DNA from: Mobula hypostoma
Lineage: Eukaryota
Direction of reading: 5' to 3'
DNA: 64,000 nt
NCBI RefSeq assembly: GCF_963921235.1
Contig: NC_086097.1
Location: forward strand, 235,974,001-236,038,000
A program made the position numbers and the translations under genes. Of the stretch, positions 35,066 through 47,260 are shown piece after piece. The stretch's first letter is position 1; every line of letters begins with the position of its first letter. The notes beneath the pieces are model-generated. The model searched no databases. It was not told the DNA's origin and worked only from the letters and a program-made list of their open reading frames with translations.

Positions 35066-37475
35066 TGTAGTCATAGTCATAGTCATACTTTATTGATCCC
35101 GGGGGAAATTGGTTTTCTTTACAGTTGCCCCATAAATAATAAATAGTAATAGAACCATAAATAGTTAAATAGTAATATATAAATTATGCCAGGAAATTAT
35201 GAAATAAGTCCAGGACCAGCCTTTTGGCTCAGGGCATCTGACACTTCAAGGGAGGAGTTGTAAAGTTTGATGGCCACAAGCAGGAATGACTTCCTATGAC
35301 GCTCTGTGCTGCATCTCGGTGGAATGAGTCTCTGGCTGAATGTACTCCTGTGCCCACCCAGCACATTATGTAGTGGATGGGAGACATTGACTAAGATGGC
35401 ATGCAACTTAGACAGCATCCTCTTTTCAGACACCACCATCAGAGAGTCCAGTTCCATCCCCACAACATCACTGGCCTTACGAATGAGTTTGTTGATTCTG
35501 TTGGTGTCTGCTACCCTCAGCCTGCTGCCCCAGCACACAAAGGCAGACATAATAGCACTGGCCACCACAGACTTGTAGAATATCCTCAGCATCGTCCGGC
35601 AGATGTTAAAGGACCTCAGTCTCCTCAGGAAATAGAGACGGCTCTGACCCTTCTTGTAGACACCCTCAGTGTTCTTTGACCAGTCCAGTTTATTGTCAAT
35701 TCGTATCCCCAGGTATTTGTAATCCTCCACCATGTCCACACTGACCCCCTGGATGGAAACAGGGGTCACCGGCACCTTAGCTCTCCTCAGGTCTACCACC
35801 AACTCTTTAGTCTTTTTCACATTAAGCTGCAGATAATTCTGCTCACACCATGTGACAAAGTTTCCTACCGTAGCCCTGTACTCAGCCTCATCTCCCTTGC
35901 TGATGCATCCAACTATGGCAGAGTCATCAGAAAACTTCTGAAGATGACAAGACTCTGTGCAGTAGTTGAAGTCCGAGGTGTAAATGGTGAAGGGAAAGGG
36001 AGACAAGATGGTCCCCTGTGGAGCCCCAGTGCTGCTGATCACTCTGTCTGACACCCAGTGGTGCAAGCTCACATACTGTGGTCTGCCAGTCAGGTAATCA
36101 AGAATCCATGATACCAAGGAAGCATCCACCTGCATCGCTGTCAGCTTCTCCCCCAGCAGAGCAGGGTGGATGGTGTTGAACGCACTGGAGAAGTCAAAAA
36201 ACATGACCCTCACAGTGCTCGCTGGCTTGTCCAGGTGGGCGTAGACATGGTTCAGCAGGTAGTTGATAACATCTTCAACTCCTAGTCTGGGCTGGTAGGT
36301 GAACTGGAGGAGATCTAAGTGTGGCCTGACCATAGGGCGGAGCAGCTCCAGAACAAGTCTCTCCAGGGTCTTCATGATGTGGGAGGTCAATGCCACCGGT
36401 CTGTAGACATTGAGGCCGCTGGGGCGCGGTGTCTTCGGCACAGGCACGAGGCAGGACGTCTTCCACAGTACAGGAACCCTCCGGAGCCTCAGGCTCAGGT
36501 TGAATACATAGCGAAGTACTCCACATAGCTGAGGGGTACAGGCTTTGAGCACCCTGGTACTGACACCATCCAGTCCTGCAGTCTTGCTTGAGTTGAAATG
36601 TTTCAGCTGTCCTCTCACCTGTTCAGCTGTGAAGCCCACCGTGGTGGTTTGGTGTGGGGAAGGGATATAGTCATGAGAGCAGGGTCGGGGACTGTGAGGA
36701 GGGGTAGGAGGGGAGAGTGGAATGTGTGTTGGTTGGGGCCCGACCACAGATGGCTCATGTGGGGGATGGGCAGGGGCCACAATGTCAAATCTGTTAAAGA
36801 ACAGGTTAAGTTCGTTGGCCCTGTCCACACTGCCTTCAGCTCCTCTGTTGCTAGTTTGCCGGAACCCAGTGATGGTCCTCATCCCCCTCCAGACCTCTCT
36901 CATGTTGCTCTGCTGGAGTTTCCACTCAAGCTTCCTCCTGTACCTATCTTTAGCCTCCCTGATCCTGGCTTTCAGGTCCCTCTGTATTGCCCTCAGCTCC
37001 TCCCTATTTCCATCTCTAAACGCCCTGTTTTTAGCGTTCAGGATGTCCTTAATGTCCTTTGTCACCCATGGCTTGTTATTTGAATAACAAAGGACAGTTC
37101 TTGTCGGAACATTGCAGTCCACACAGAAGTTGGTGTAATCAGTGATGCATTCTGTGAGCCTATCAATATCCTCTCCATGTGGCTCGCAGAGTGCCTGCCA
37201 GTCTATCACCTCAAAACAACCCTGGAGCGCCTCATAAGCCTCCTCTGATCATTTCCTCACTGTCCTCAAGGTTACAGGTTTACTCTTCACCAGAGGCACG
37301 TAGCAGGGTTTTAGATGCACCAGGTTCTGATCTGACCTTCCCAGTGGGGGAGGGGAGAGGAGCTGTATGCATCCTTAACGTTAGCGTACATCAAATCCAG
37401 AGTCCTCTCCCCTCTGGTTGTACAGCTCACATACTGCGTGAAGTTGGGCAGTGTTCTAGCCATGGTAACCTGGTT
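35066..37475 (-). mobile_element. Rex1/Babar LINE, young, 5'-truncated within the endonuclease
   Basis: Contains the 670-aa ORF; endonuclease remnant (QYVSCTTRGERTLDLMY) frameshifted upstream; (ACTATG)n tail. Confidence 0.92.
35197..37209 (-). CDS. Rex1/Babar reverse transcriptase (uninterrupted 670 aa, N-terminally incomplete)
   Basis: YRPVALTSHIMKTLE, FFDFSSAFNTI, GAPQGTILSP, QKFSDD, LNVKKTKE, YKYLG, KKGQSRLYFLRRL. Confidence 0.9.
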   Translation of the reverse strand: MIDWQALCEPHGEDIDRLTECITDYTNFCVDCNVPTRTVLCYSNNKPWVTKDIKDILNAKNRAFRDGNREELRAIQRDLKARIREAKDRYRRKLEWKLQQSNMREVWRGMRTITGFRQTSNRGAEGSVDRANELNLFFNRFDIVAPAHPPHEPSVVGPQPTHIPLSPPTPPHSPRPCSHDYIPSPHQTTTVGFTAEQVRGQLKHFNSSKTAGLDGVSTRVLKACTPQLCGVLRYVFNLSLRLRRVPVLWKTSCLVPVPKTPRPSGLNVYRPVALTSHIMKTLERLVLELLRPMVRPHLDLLQFTYQPRLGVEDVINYLLNHVYAHLDKPASTVRVMFFDFSSAFNTIHPALLGEKLTAMQVDASLVSWILDYLTGRPQYVSLHHWVSDRVISSTGAPQGTILSPFPFTIYTSDFNYCTESCHLQKFSDDSAIVGCISKGDEAEYRATVGNFVTWCEQNYLQLNVKKTKELVVDLRRAKVPVTPVSIQGVSVDMVEDYKYLGIRIDNKLDWSKNTEGVYKKGQSRLYFLRRLRSFNICRTMLRIFYKSVVASAIMSAFVCWGSRLRVADTNRINKLIRKASDVVGMELDSLMVVSEKRMLSKLHAILVNVSHPLHNVLGGHRSTFSQRLIPPRCSTERHRKSFLLVAIKLYNSSLEVSDALSQKAGPGLIS

Positions 37476-37794
37476 GAAGAGAAATGAAAAGGGATGTTCA
37501 TGTCCTGCCACAATCCCCCAGTGCACTGCTTTCATGCCTTTCACTATATGTTTTGCTGTATACGTGACAAATTGCCACAGTACATAAGTTTCGACCAAAG
37601 AGAAAAAACCTGGCTGGAGCTGCTTAGCACTTCACTGCACGGGTGTTTATCAGGCGTGTTAAAAATCAAACTTACAAAAAATTAGTGGAAATAGTGAAAA
37701 ACAAAACTGCCAATATTTGCTAAAAGATATCTACAAGAAAACACAACGGTACTTTGTCCAATGTGAACTCCTGACAGCTGGATCTCTGGGGTGG

Positions 37795-38450
37795 GGGGGA
37801 GCTCAGCAGCCAGGCAGCATCCGTGGGGGGAGAGCAGACGATGTTTCAACCCAGGACCCTTCGACAGGACTGGAAAGAAGAGGACAAGAGGAGTCAGAGT
37901 TGGAGGGTGGGGGGAGGGGAGGGAGAGGCACAGGGTGATTGGTGAAACCGAGAGTGGGGAGGGGGCGGGGGGGTTATAGGGGTGAAGTAAAGAGTTGGGA
38001 AGTTGATTGGCGAAAGAGATACAGGGCTTCTGGTAATGCCCCCACTTCACCATTCCTCATTCCCACTTTCCTCTCTCACCTTACCTCCTTGCCTGCCCAT
38101 CACCTCCCTCTGGTGCTCCTTCCCCCTTTTCTTTCTTTCATAGCCTCCTGTCCTCTCCTATTAGATACCTTTGCTTCTCCAGTTCTGTATCTCTTTAACC
38201 AATCAACTTCACAACTCTTTACTTCACTCCCCCCTACCCCAGTTTCACAGATCACCTTGTGTTTCTCACTCCGTTTCCCACATGCTCTTACTCCTCATCC
38301 TTACTCTTGTTCCCTCCAGTCCTGCTGAAGAGTCTTAGCCCAAAACATTGATTATACCTTTTTCCAAAGATGTTGCCTGGCCTGCTGAGTTCCTCCAGCA
38401 TTTTGTGTGTGTTGCTTGGATTTCCAGCATTTGAAAACTTTCTCCTATTT
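37795..38450. mobile_element. Older PLE with inverted pLTR arms
   Basis: Minus arm 37795-38030, plus arm 38031-38450; degenerate hammerheads at about 37838-37872 and 38317-38353. Confidence 0.7.
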
Positions 38451-39471
38451 GAGAGTTAAGTATTTATTGATTTCAACATGGAGGCAATTTGCTTACCACC
38501 TGGCATGCCGCACGCCAAGGGTAAATAAGATCCATATAAAATACTCCTCCAGGGAAGCTTGGGGTTAAAGGTATTTGGTAAATAAGAGAACTGTACAATA
38601 AGTCAGTAAATATCATTAGCCAATTTAACAAGACTCAGACAAAGCTGGGATGAGATGGATGCTTCTTGAAAGCTGCCGGTTAACAGTATGTGCGAGTTAG
38701 ATCTTTGCTTTGCATGGTGCCAATGCTTTGGAACATGGAACATGAACACCATGTGATTGTTTGATTTCCAACTTTGTTGTTGGACTTAGGAGCAGGACCT
38801 GAAGTGCTTGACCTCATGGAGGCAGGGTTGAGGGAGAGAGCAAGTACAAATTTTAATTGGATCCTTTGTTTATATCAACCACCAGGCAACATCTATAGAG
38901 AAGAATAAAGAGTCAACATTTTGGTCAAGACCTTTCTTGACCCAAAATATCAGCTCTTTATCCCTGTCCATAGATGCAGACTGACTTGTTAGGTTTCTCT
39001 AGAATTTTGCAGAAATGTTGTGTCAATATTATAGACCAGATTTCTCAACTGAATTATAGTGATTATGGGATTTATTCAATATACAAGGCAAATTTTCAGC
39101 TGCTATAAAATCATTAATATTATGGCAAAAGATCAGTTCTGAAATTCATTTGTGATTGGAGTCTCTTCATGCTACCTTTTCAAATGTTAGCCCATGTTCA
39201 ATATTATTATTAAATCTTCCACCAACATCGAGGTTTTATTTTCAATACTCCTGAGCAGTAATTGTCCCTTTAGTTCTATTTATTTTTGCCGGACAATTTA
39301 CTAGTAACTGACACTTTCATTCTCTTATTTTCCTCCTCAGTTATTTGTAAATAGATTTGAATAGACAAAATAATCTCAAATTGATTCCCAAGAAATGTAT
39401 ATTCTGTTATAGGTAATGTAAGTTGGTCTTGAATTTCAATGCATTGTGGTGTTTCTTTTATGTGGCATACA

Positions 39472-41706
39472 GTATATAACCATATAACAATTACAGCATG
39501 GAAACAGGCCATCTCGGCCCTTCTAGTCCATGGCGAATGCTTACTCTCACCTGGTTCCACCGACCTGCACTCATCCTATAACCCTCCATTCCTTTCCTGT
39601 CCATATACCTATCCAATTTTTTCTTTAAATGACAATATTGAACCTGCCTCTATCACTTCTACTGGAAGCTCGTTTCACAGAGCGACCACTCTCTGAATAA
39701 AGAAGCTCCCCCTCATGTTACCCCTAAACTTTTGCCCCCTAACTCTCAACTCATGTCCTCTTGTTTGAATCTCCCCCACTTTCAATGGAAAAAGCCTATC
39801 CACGTCAACTCTATCTATCCCCCTCATAATTTTAAATACCTCTATCAAGTCCCCCCTCAACCCTCTATACTCCAAAGAATAAAGACCTAACTTGTTCAAT
39901 CTTTCTCGGTAACTCAAGTGCTGAAATCCAGGTAGCATTCTAGTAAATCTTCTCTGTACTCTCTCTATTTTGTTGACATCTTTCCTATAATTCGGTGAAC
40001 AGAACTGTACACAATACTCCAAATTTGGCCTTACCAATGCCTTGTACAATTTTAACATTACATCCCAACTCCTATACTCAATGCTCTGATTAATAAAGGC
40101 CAGCATACCAAAAGCTTTCTTCACCACCCTATCCATATGAGATAACACCTTCAGGGAACTATGCACCATTATTCCTAGATCCCTCTGTTCTACTGCATTC
40201 TTCGATGCCCTACCGTTTACCATGTATGTCCTATTTTGATTAGTCCTACCAAAATGTAACACCTCACACTTATCAGCATTAAACTCCATCTGCCATCTTT
40301 CAACCCACTCTTCTAACTGGCCTAAATCTGTCTGCCAGCTTTGAAAACCTGCTTTATTATCCACAATGCCACCTACCTTAGTATCATCTGCATACTTACT
40401 AATCCAATTTACCACCCCATCATCCAGATCTTTAATGTATTTGGCAAACAACATTGGACCCAGTACAGATCCCTGAGGCACACCACTAGTCACCGGCCTC
40501 CAACCTGACAAACAGTTATCCACCACTACTCTCTGGCATCTCCCATCCAGCCACTGTTGAATCCATTTTACTACTTCAATATTAATATCTAACGATTGAA
40601 CCTTCCTAACTAACCTTCCATGTGGAACCTTGTCAAAGGCCTTACTGAAGTCCATATAGACAACATCCACTGCTTTACCCTTGTCAACTTTCCCAGTAAC
40701 CTCTTCCAAAAATTCAATGATTTCTCAGACATTACCTCCCACGCACAAATCTATGTTGACTGTTCCTAATCAGACCCTGTCTATCCAAATAATTATATAT
40801 ACCATCTCTAAGAATACTTTCCATTAATTAACCCACCACTGACGTCAAACTTACAGGCCGATAATTGCCAGGATTACCTTTAGAATCCTTTTTAAACAAT
40901 GGAACAACATGAGCGATGCACCAGTCCTCCGGCACCATCTCCGTTTCTAAGGACATTTGAAATATTTCTGTTAGAGCCCCTGCTATTTCTACACTAACTT
41001 CCCTCAAGGTCCTAGGGAATATCCTGTCAGGACCCAGAGACTTATCCACTTTCATATTCCTTAAAAGCACCAGTACTTCCTTTTCTATAATCATCATAGT
41101 TTCCATAACTTCCCTACTTGTTTCCCTTACCTTACACAATTCAATATCCTTCTCCTTAGTGAATACCGAAGAAAAGAAATCATTTCAAATCCTCCCCATC
41201 TCTTTGGGCTCCACATGTAGCTGTCCACTCTGATTCTCTAAGGGACCAATTTTATCCCTCACTATCCTTTTGCTATTGATATAACTGTAGAAACCCTTTG
41301 GATTTATTTTCATTTTACTTGCCAAAGCAACCTTGTATCTTCTTTTAGCTTTTCTAATTTCTTTCTTAAGATTCTTTTTACATTCTTCATATTCCTCGAG
41401 CACCTCATTTATTCCATGCTGCCTGTATCTATTGTAGATCTCTCTCTTTTTTCCAAACCAAGTTTCCAATATCCCTTGAAAACCATGGCTCTCTCAAACT
41501 TTTAACCTTTCCTTTCAACCCAACAGGAATATAAAGATTCTGTACCCTCAAAATTTCACCTTTAAATGATCTCCATTTCTCTATTACATCCTTACCATAA
41601 AACAAATTGTCCCAATCCACTCCTTCTAAATCCTTTCACATCTCCTCAAAGTTAGCCTTTCTCCAGTCAAAAATCTCAACCCTGGGTCCAGACCTATCCT
41701 TCTCCA
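39472..41706 (-). mobile_element. CR1 LINE (third subfamily), 5'-truncated
   Basis: 344-aa RT ORF 39675-40709 (YMDFSKAFD, GVPQGSVLGP, SKYADD); (GTTATATG)n tail. Confidence 0.95.
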
Positions 41707-42184
41707 AATTTAAATATGAAGTACATATAAAGTTCTTTTTCTGCAACAGATGATGATTGTGACCATTCCTCAGTTAAATTGTTTAAATTGAGCTATTCAA
41801 AAAATTTAGCTAGGCATTTCCAACTGTGATTTACCCTTTCTTATCTGATATTATTTCTGTGTAACATGAGATGATATGTGCCATTTTAAGATAACTCCTT
41901 TCAGCAGGTCCATTTTATCACTGGAAACCTGACACAGAAAGATTATCTTCAATTTTTATGATTTACTTTTTCTCCTCAGGCCCGTCAACTCATCAAACAA
42001 ACTGAATACCCAATAATCCTCCATTCCCTACAGTTCTCATTATCTTCTCTATTATGCCCCAGTTTTATGACCCAGGTTCTACTGAAATGCAACCAACTTC
42101 CAAAACTGTTTGTGTGAGTGTGTGATCTTCAGTTTCAGGATTTGGTAGGCTCTGAGTGTAGTTGTCTTTCTCTCTTTCCTCCAA

Positions 42185-42618
42185 TAACCCTCCATCCAGG
42201 CTATGATCTCTTCTCACTGCTACCATTGGGAAGGAAGCACAGGAGGCACAAGTCCAATGCCACCAGCTTCAGGAACAGTTATTATCCTTCAACCATCAGG
42301 CTCCTGAACCAAAAATGGATAATCTCACTCACCTCAACACTCAATTGATTCCATAACCTATAGAACCACTTTCAAGGACTCTACAACTCATGTTCTCAAA
42401 TTAATTTATTTAATATTCTTTTCATTTGTCTATTTTTGTATTTGCACAATTTGTTGTTTTTTGCACAACGGTTGCATGTCCATCTTTGTCTTTGTGTAGT
42501 TTTTCACTGACTCTTTTGTGTTTCTTAGTATCTACTGTGAACGTTTGCAAGAAAATGAATCTCAGGGTAACATGTGGTGACAAAAATATACTTTGTGAAT
42601 AAATTTACTTTGAATTGT
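42185..42618 (+). mobile_element. Rex1/Babar 3' end
   Basis: HPGYDLFSLLPLGR..SFRNSYYPSTIRLLN; AATAAATTTACTTTGAA tail. Confidence 0.75.
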
Positions 42619-43009
42619 GAACAAGGAGACTGTACCTGACTGTACCTGCAACTGACTGTGCATTCATTACCAAAAGTGTTACAATTATAAGCAAGGACTC
42701 AGTATTCATTGAACTGTACCAATCTATCTCCTACAATCCTATACACTTCCAGTCAGTTCTGAAACACACTTTCACTTAAAATACCCTCCTCCAATTCTGC
42801 CCTGAAACTCTGCTGACCCATAGTCTAAATGCCTTCCGACATTGATTCTTTGATTTCCCCTACACAGGCTGTTCCAATCAACCTTGACCTTACAGTAAAC
42901 TTTTATTTCCAATGATGCCCACAATCTCCTCCCTGCTATGAACCTTGCCAATCTACCCTCCTTGAATATTTCTTTCATCTGCCTGTTTATTTGCAATAGC
43001 AATGCCTAA

Positions 43010-44935
43010 ACACTGGTATTCTAAGTATTTGGATAGACGTGGACTGATTAATGATTATCAGCATGGCTTTGTGCATGGTAGTTCATGTCCAACCAATCTT
43101 ATGGAGTTTTTCGAGAACCTTACCAGGAAAATGGATGAATGTGAGGCAGTGAATGTTCTCTACATGGACTTTAGCAAGACATTTGACAAGGTCCTGCATG
43201 GGAGGTTGGTCAAGAAGATTTAGTCACTCGGCATTCAACATAAAGTAGTAAAATGGATTAGATATTGGATTTGTGAGAGAAACCAGGCAATGGCACTAGA
43301 GAGTTGCCTCCCTAATTGGAGGCCTGTGACTAGTGGAGTGCCCCAGGAGTCACTGTTGGCTGCGTTGTTGTTTGTTATCTGTATCAATGATCTGGATAAT
43401 AATGTGGTGAACTGGATCAGCAAAGTTGTGGATGATGCCAAGATTGGGGTGTAGTGGACCACAAAGTAGGCTATCATGACTTGCAGTTGGATCTGAACTA
43501 GCTGGAAAAATGAGCTAAAATATGGCAGATGGAATTTAATACAGACAAGTACAACGTGTTGTACTTCGATAGGAGTAACCAGGGTAGGTCTTACACATGA
43601 ATGGTAGGGCACTGAGGAATGCGGTGAGACAAAGGGATTTGGGAATACAAATGTATAATTCCTTGAAAGTGGCATCACAGGTAGATAGGGTCATAAAGAG
43701 AGCTTTTGGCACATTTCCCTTCATAAGTCAAACTACTGAGTACAGGAGTTTGCATGTTATGCTGAAAACATTGGTCATGCCTAGTTTGGAGTATTGTGTA
43801 CAGTTTTGGCCACTGACATGCAGGAAAGATTGAAAATGTGGTTGTAATAGTACAGAGAAAATTTACAAGGATTTTGCTGGGTCTGGATGACCTCAGTGAT
43901 AAAGATTGAATAGGTTAGGATTTAATTCATTTGAATGTAAAAGGTTAAGAGGAGATCATGTGGATAGGGTGGTGAACAAAGCTTTTGGTATGCTGGCCTT
44001 TATAAATCAGAGCATTGAGTATAGGAGTTGGGATGTAATGTTGAAATTGTACAAGGCATTGGTAAGGCCAAATTTGGAGTATTGTGCACAGTTCTGGTCA
44101 CTAAATTATAGGAGAGATGTCAACAAAATAGAGAGAGTGCAGAGAAGATTTACTAGAATGTTACCTGGGTTTCATCTCCTAAGTTATAGAGAAAGGATGA
44201 ACAAGTTGGGTCTTAATTCTTTGGAGCGTAGAATGTTGAGGGGGGACTTGATAGAGGTATTTAAAATTATGAGGGGGATTGATAGAGTTGACGTGGATAG
44301 GCTTTTTCCATTGAGAGTGGGGGAGATTCAAACAAGAGGACATGAGTTGAGAGTTAAAGGGCAAAATTTAGAGGAAACATGAGGGGGAACTTCTTTACTC
44401 AGAGAGCGGTAGCTGTGTGGAATGAGCTTCCAGTAGAAGTGGTTGAGGCAGGTTCGATGTTATCATTTAAAGAAAAATTGGATCGCTATATGGACAGGAA
44501 AGAAATGGAGGGTTATGGGCTGAGTGCAGGTCGGTGGGACTAGGTGAGAGTAAGAGCTCGGCACGGACTAGAAGGGCCGAGATGGCCTGTTTCCGTGCTG
44601 TAATTGTTGTTTGGTTATATGGTTATTTGATAGAGGTATACAAAATTTTGAAAGGTACAGAGAGGGTAAGTGCAAGCAGGCTTTTTCTGCTGAAAAGTTT
44701 TAGGGGAACATGGAGAGAGACTTCTTCACTCAGTGGGTGGTGAGAGTGTGGAATGAGCTGCCAGAGCAAGTGGTGCAAGCAAGCTCTATTAAGGGTATAA
44801 GTAAGGCTATTAAGGGATAGAAAGTGTATGGAGGGCTCTAAATCAGGTGCAGATCGAAGAGAGGAGACAGTTCAAATGATTCAGCATGGACTAGATTGGC
44901 CAAAAGACCTGTTTCTGTGCTGTACTTTTCTGTGA
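43010..44935 (+). mobile_element. Old CR1 RT/3' end with a younger CR1 (43957-44623) nested inside
   Basis: Outer LRGD|LIEVYKI is split by an inner copy nearly identical to the reverse complement of 39472-40140. Confidence 0.85.
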
Positions 44936-44974
44936 CTCTGAGGCACTCATTCTTGTTGGTGTGACTGAGAAATT

Positions 44975-47260
44975 AAGATAATAATGAAAAAATGATGGTA
45001 ATAATAATAATACCAACAACTTATTTATAGAGCAACACACATCAAAATTGCTGGTGAACGCAGCAGGCCAAGCAGCATCTGTAGGAAGAGGCTCTTAAAC
45101 GCATCTCCCCCATTTCACGTACATCTGCTCTCACTCCATCCTCCCACCACCCCACTAGGAATAGGGTTCCCCTGGTCCTCACCTACCACCCCACCAGCCT
45201 CCGGGTCCAACATATTATTCTCCGTAACTTCCGCCACCTCCAACGGGATCCCACCACCAAGCATATCTTTCCCTCCCCCCCCTCTGCATTCCGCAGGGAT
45301 CGCTCCCTACACAACTCCCTTGTCCATTCGTCCCCCCCATCCCTCCCCACTGATCTCCCTCCTGGCACTTATCCGTGTAAGTGGAACAAGTGCTACACAT
45401 GCCCTTACACTTCCTCCCTTACCACCATTCAGGGCCCCAAACAGTCCTTCCAGGTGAGGCATCACTTCACCTGTGAGTCAACTGGGGTGATATACTGCGT
45501 CCGGTGCTCCCGATGTGGCCTTTTATATATTGGTGAGACCCGACGCAGACTGGGAGACCGCTTTGCTGAACATCTACGCTCTGTCCGCCAGAGAAAGCAG
45601 GATCTCCCAGTGGCCACACATTTTAATTCCACATCCCATTCCCATTCTGACATGTCTATCCACGGCCTCCTCTACTGTAAAGATGAAGCCACACTCAGGT
45701 TGGAGGAACAACACCTTATATTCCGTATGGGTAGCCTCCAACCTGATGGCATGAACATTGACTTCTCTAACTTCCGCTAGGCCCCACCTCCCCCTCGTAC
45801 CCCATCTGTTACTCTTTTTTATGCACACATTCTTTCTCTCACTCTCCTTTTTCTCCCTCTGTCCCTCTGAATATACCTCTTGCCAATCCTCTGGGTCACC
45901 CCCCCCCGTCTTTCTTCCTGGACCTCCTGTCCCATGATCCTCTCGTATCCCCTTCTGCCTATCACCTGTCCAGCTCTCGGCTCCATCCCTCCCCCTCCTG
46001 TCTTCTCCTATCATTTTGGATCTCCCCCTCCCCCTCCAGCTTTCAAATCCCTTACTCACTCTTCCTTCAGTTAGTCCTGACGAAGGGTCTCGGCCTGAAA
46101 CATCGACTGCGCCTCTTCCTATAGATGCTGCCTGGCCTGCTGCGTTCACCAGCAACTTTGATGTGTGTTGCTTGAATTTCCAGCATCTGCAGAATTCCTG
46201 TTGTTATCTGTAGGAAGAGGTGTAGTCGATGTTTCAGGCCGAGACCCTTCGTCAGAACTTATTTATAGATCACTTCTCATACAAATAATGTATTTCAAAG
46301 TGCTTTACAATGGGAATAAGTGCAAACAGGAAAATAAAATTTAAAATATGTTAATTTTTTTTAAAAAGATGTTAGTTAAAAGCAAGGTTAAATATATAGG
46401 TCTTGTGCTAGCATTTAAATGTGTCAACTGAGTCTGCATCCCTTATAATCTTTGGTATTAAATTCCACAGTTTAGGTGTGTAGTTCATAAAAGCTGACCT
46501 ACCAATTATCTTTTGATGGTGATTTATTAAGTTTAAGAGACTGGCAGAAGAAGACTGGAGAGCTCAAGAAGGGTAATAAAACAAAACAATTTTGTGATAT
46601 ATACCAGTCCCAGACCATTAAAAGCTTTAAAGCTAGGAACATAACTTTAAAATCAATTCTAAAAGATATAGGAAGCCATAAGACTGTAAGACAAAGGAGC
46701 AGAAGTCGGCCCTTCGGCCCATCGAGTCTGCTCCACCACTTTATCATGAGCTGATCCATTTTCCCATTTAGTCCCACTCCCCCGCCTTCTCACCATAACC
46801 TTTGATGCCCTGGCTACTCAGATACCTATCAATCTCTGCCTTAAATACACCCAATGATTTGGCCTCCACTGCTGCCCATGGCAACAAATTCCATAGATTC
46901 ACCACCCTCTGGCTAAAAAAAATTTCTTCACATCTCTGTTCTGAGTGGGCCCCCTTCAATCCTTAAGCCAATGCAGAGTAGCTGGAATGGAAGTGATATG
47001 TTTCCTCATCATGGTTTTAGTTGAAAGTTCAGCAGCAGTGTTCAAAGTACATTGAAGTTTGTCAATAGAGTGCTTTGGAAAGCCAGTAAAATAGCTAAAT
47101 AATGGTTAAGAATCATTTACATTAATTTTAAATAAACTGAGGAAAATTTGTATTCCACATCCTCTTTTCACAATTTCTGAGCATTGGCAGTTTAGTAATG
47201 GGCTTGTGGAATCTTAAAATAAAGCAGAACTTTCTCGTAACTGAAGCACAACTCATATTT
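44975..47260 (-). mobile_element. L2 LINE 3' fragment interrupted by PLE (45032-46255) and CR1 (46679-46964) insertions
   Basis: KLQCTLNTAAEL..KHITSIPATLH|WLPISFRIDFK; 3' end TGTAAAGCACTTTGA..CTATAAATAA; AAGCCA duplicated around the CR1 piece. Confidence 0.75.
45032..46255. mobile_element. Nested Neptune-type PLEs: + strand 45092-46205 inside a - strand mini pLTR
   Basis: GIY-YIG ORF 45454-45780; hammerheads at 46071-46108 (+) and 46222-46255 (-); outer TSD AACTTATTTATAGA; inner TSD ATCTGTAGGAAGAGG. Confidence 0.9.

Noticed and set aside
45574..46155. 193-aa Gly/Arg-rich ORF, and similar ORFs at 516-1347 and 10850-11336
   Set aside because: Antisense or off-frame readings of the low-complexity PLE 3' UTR, repeated in every copy
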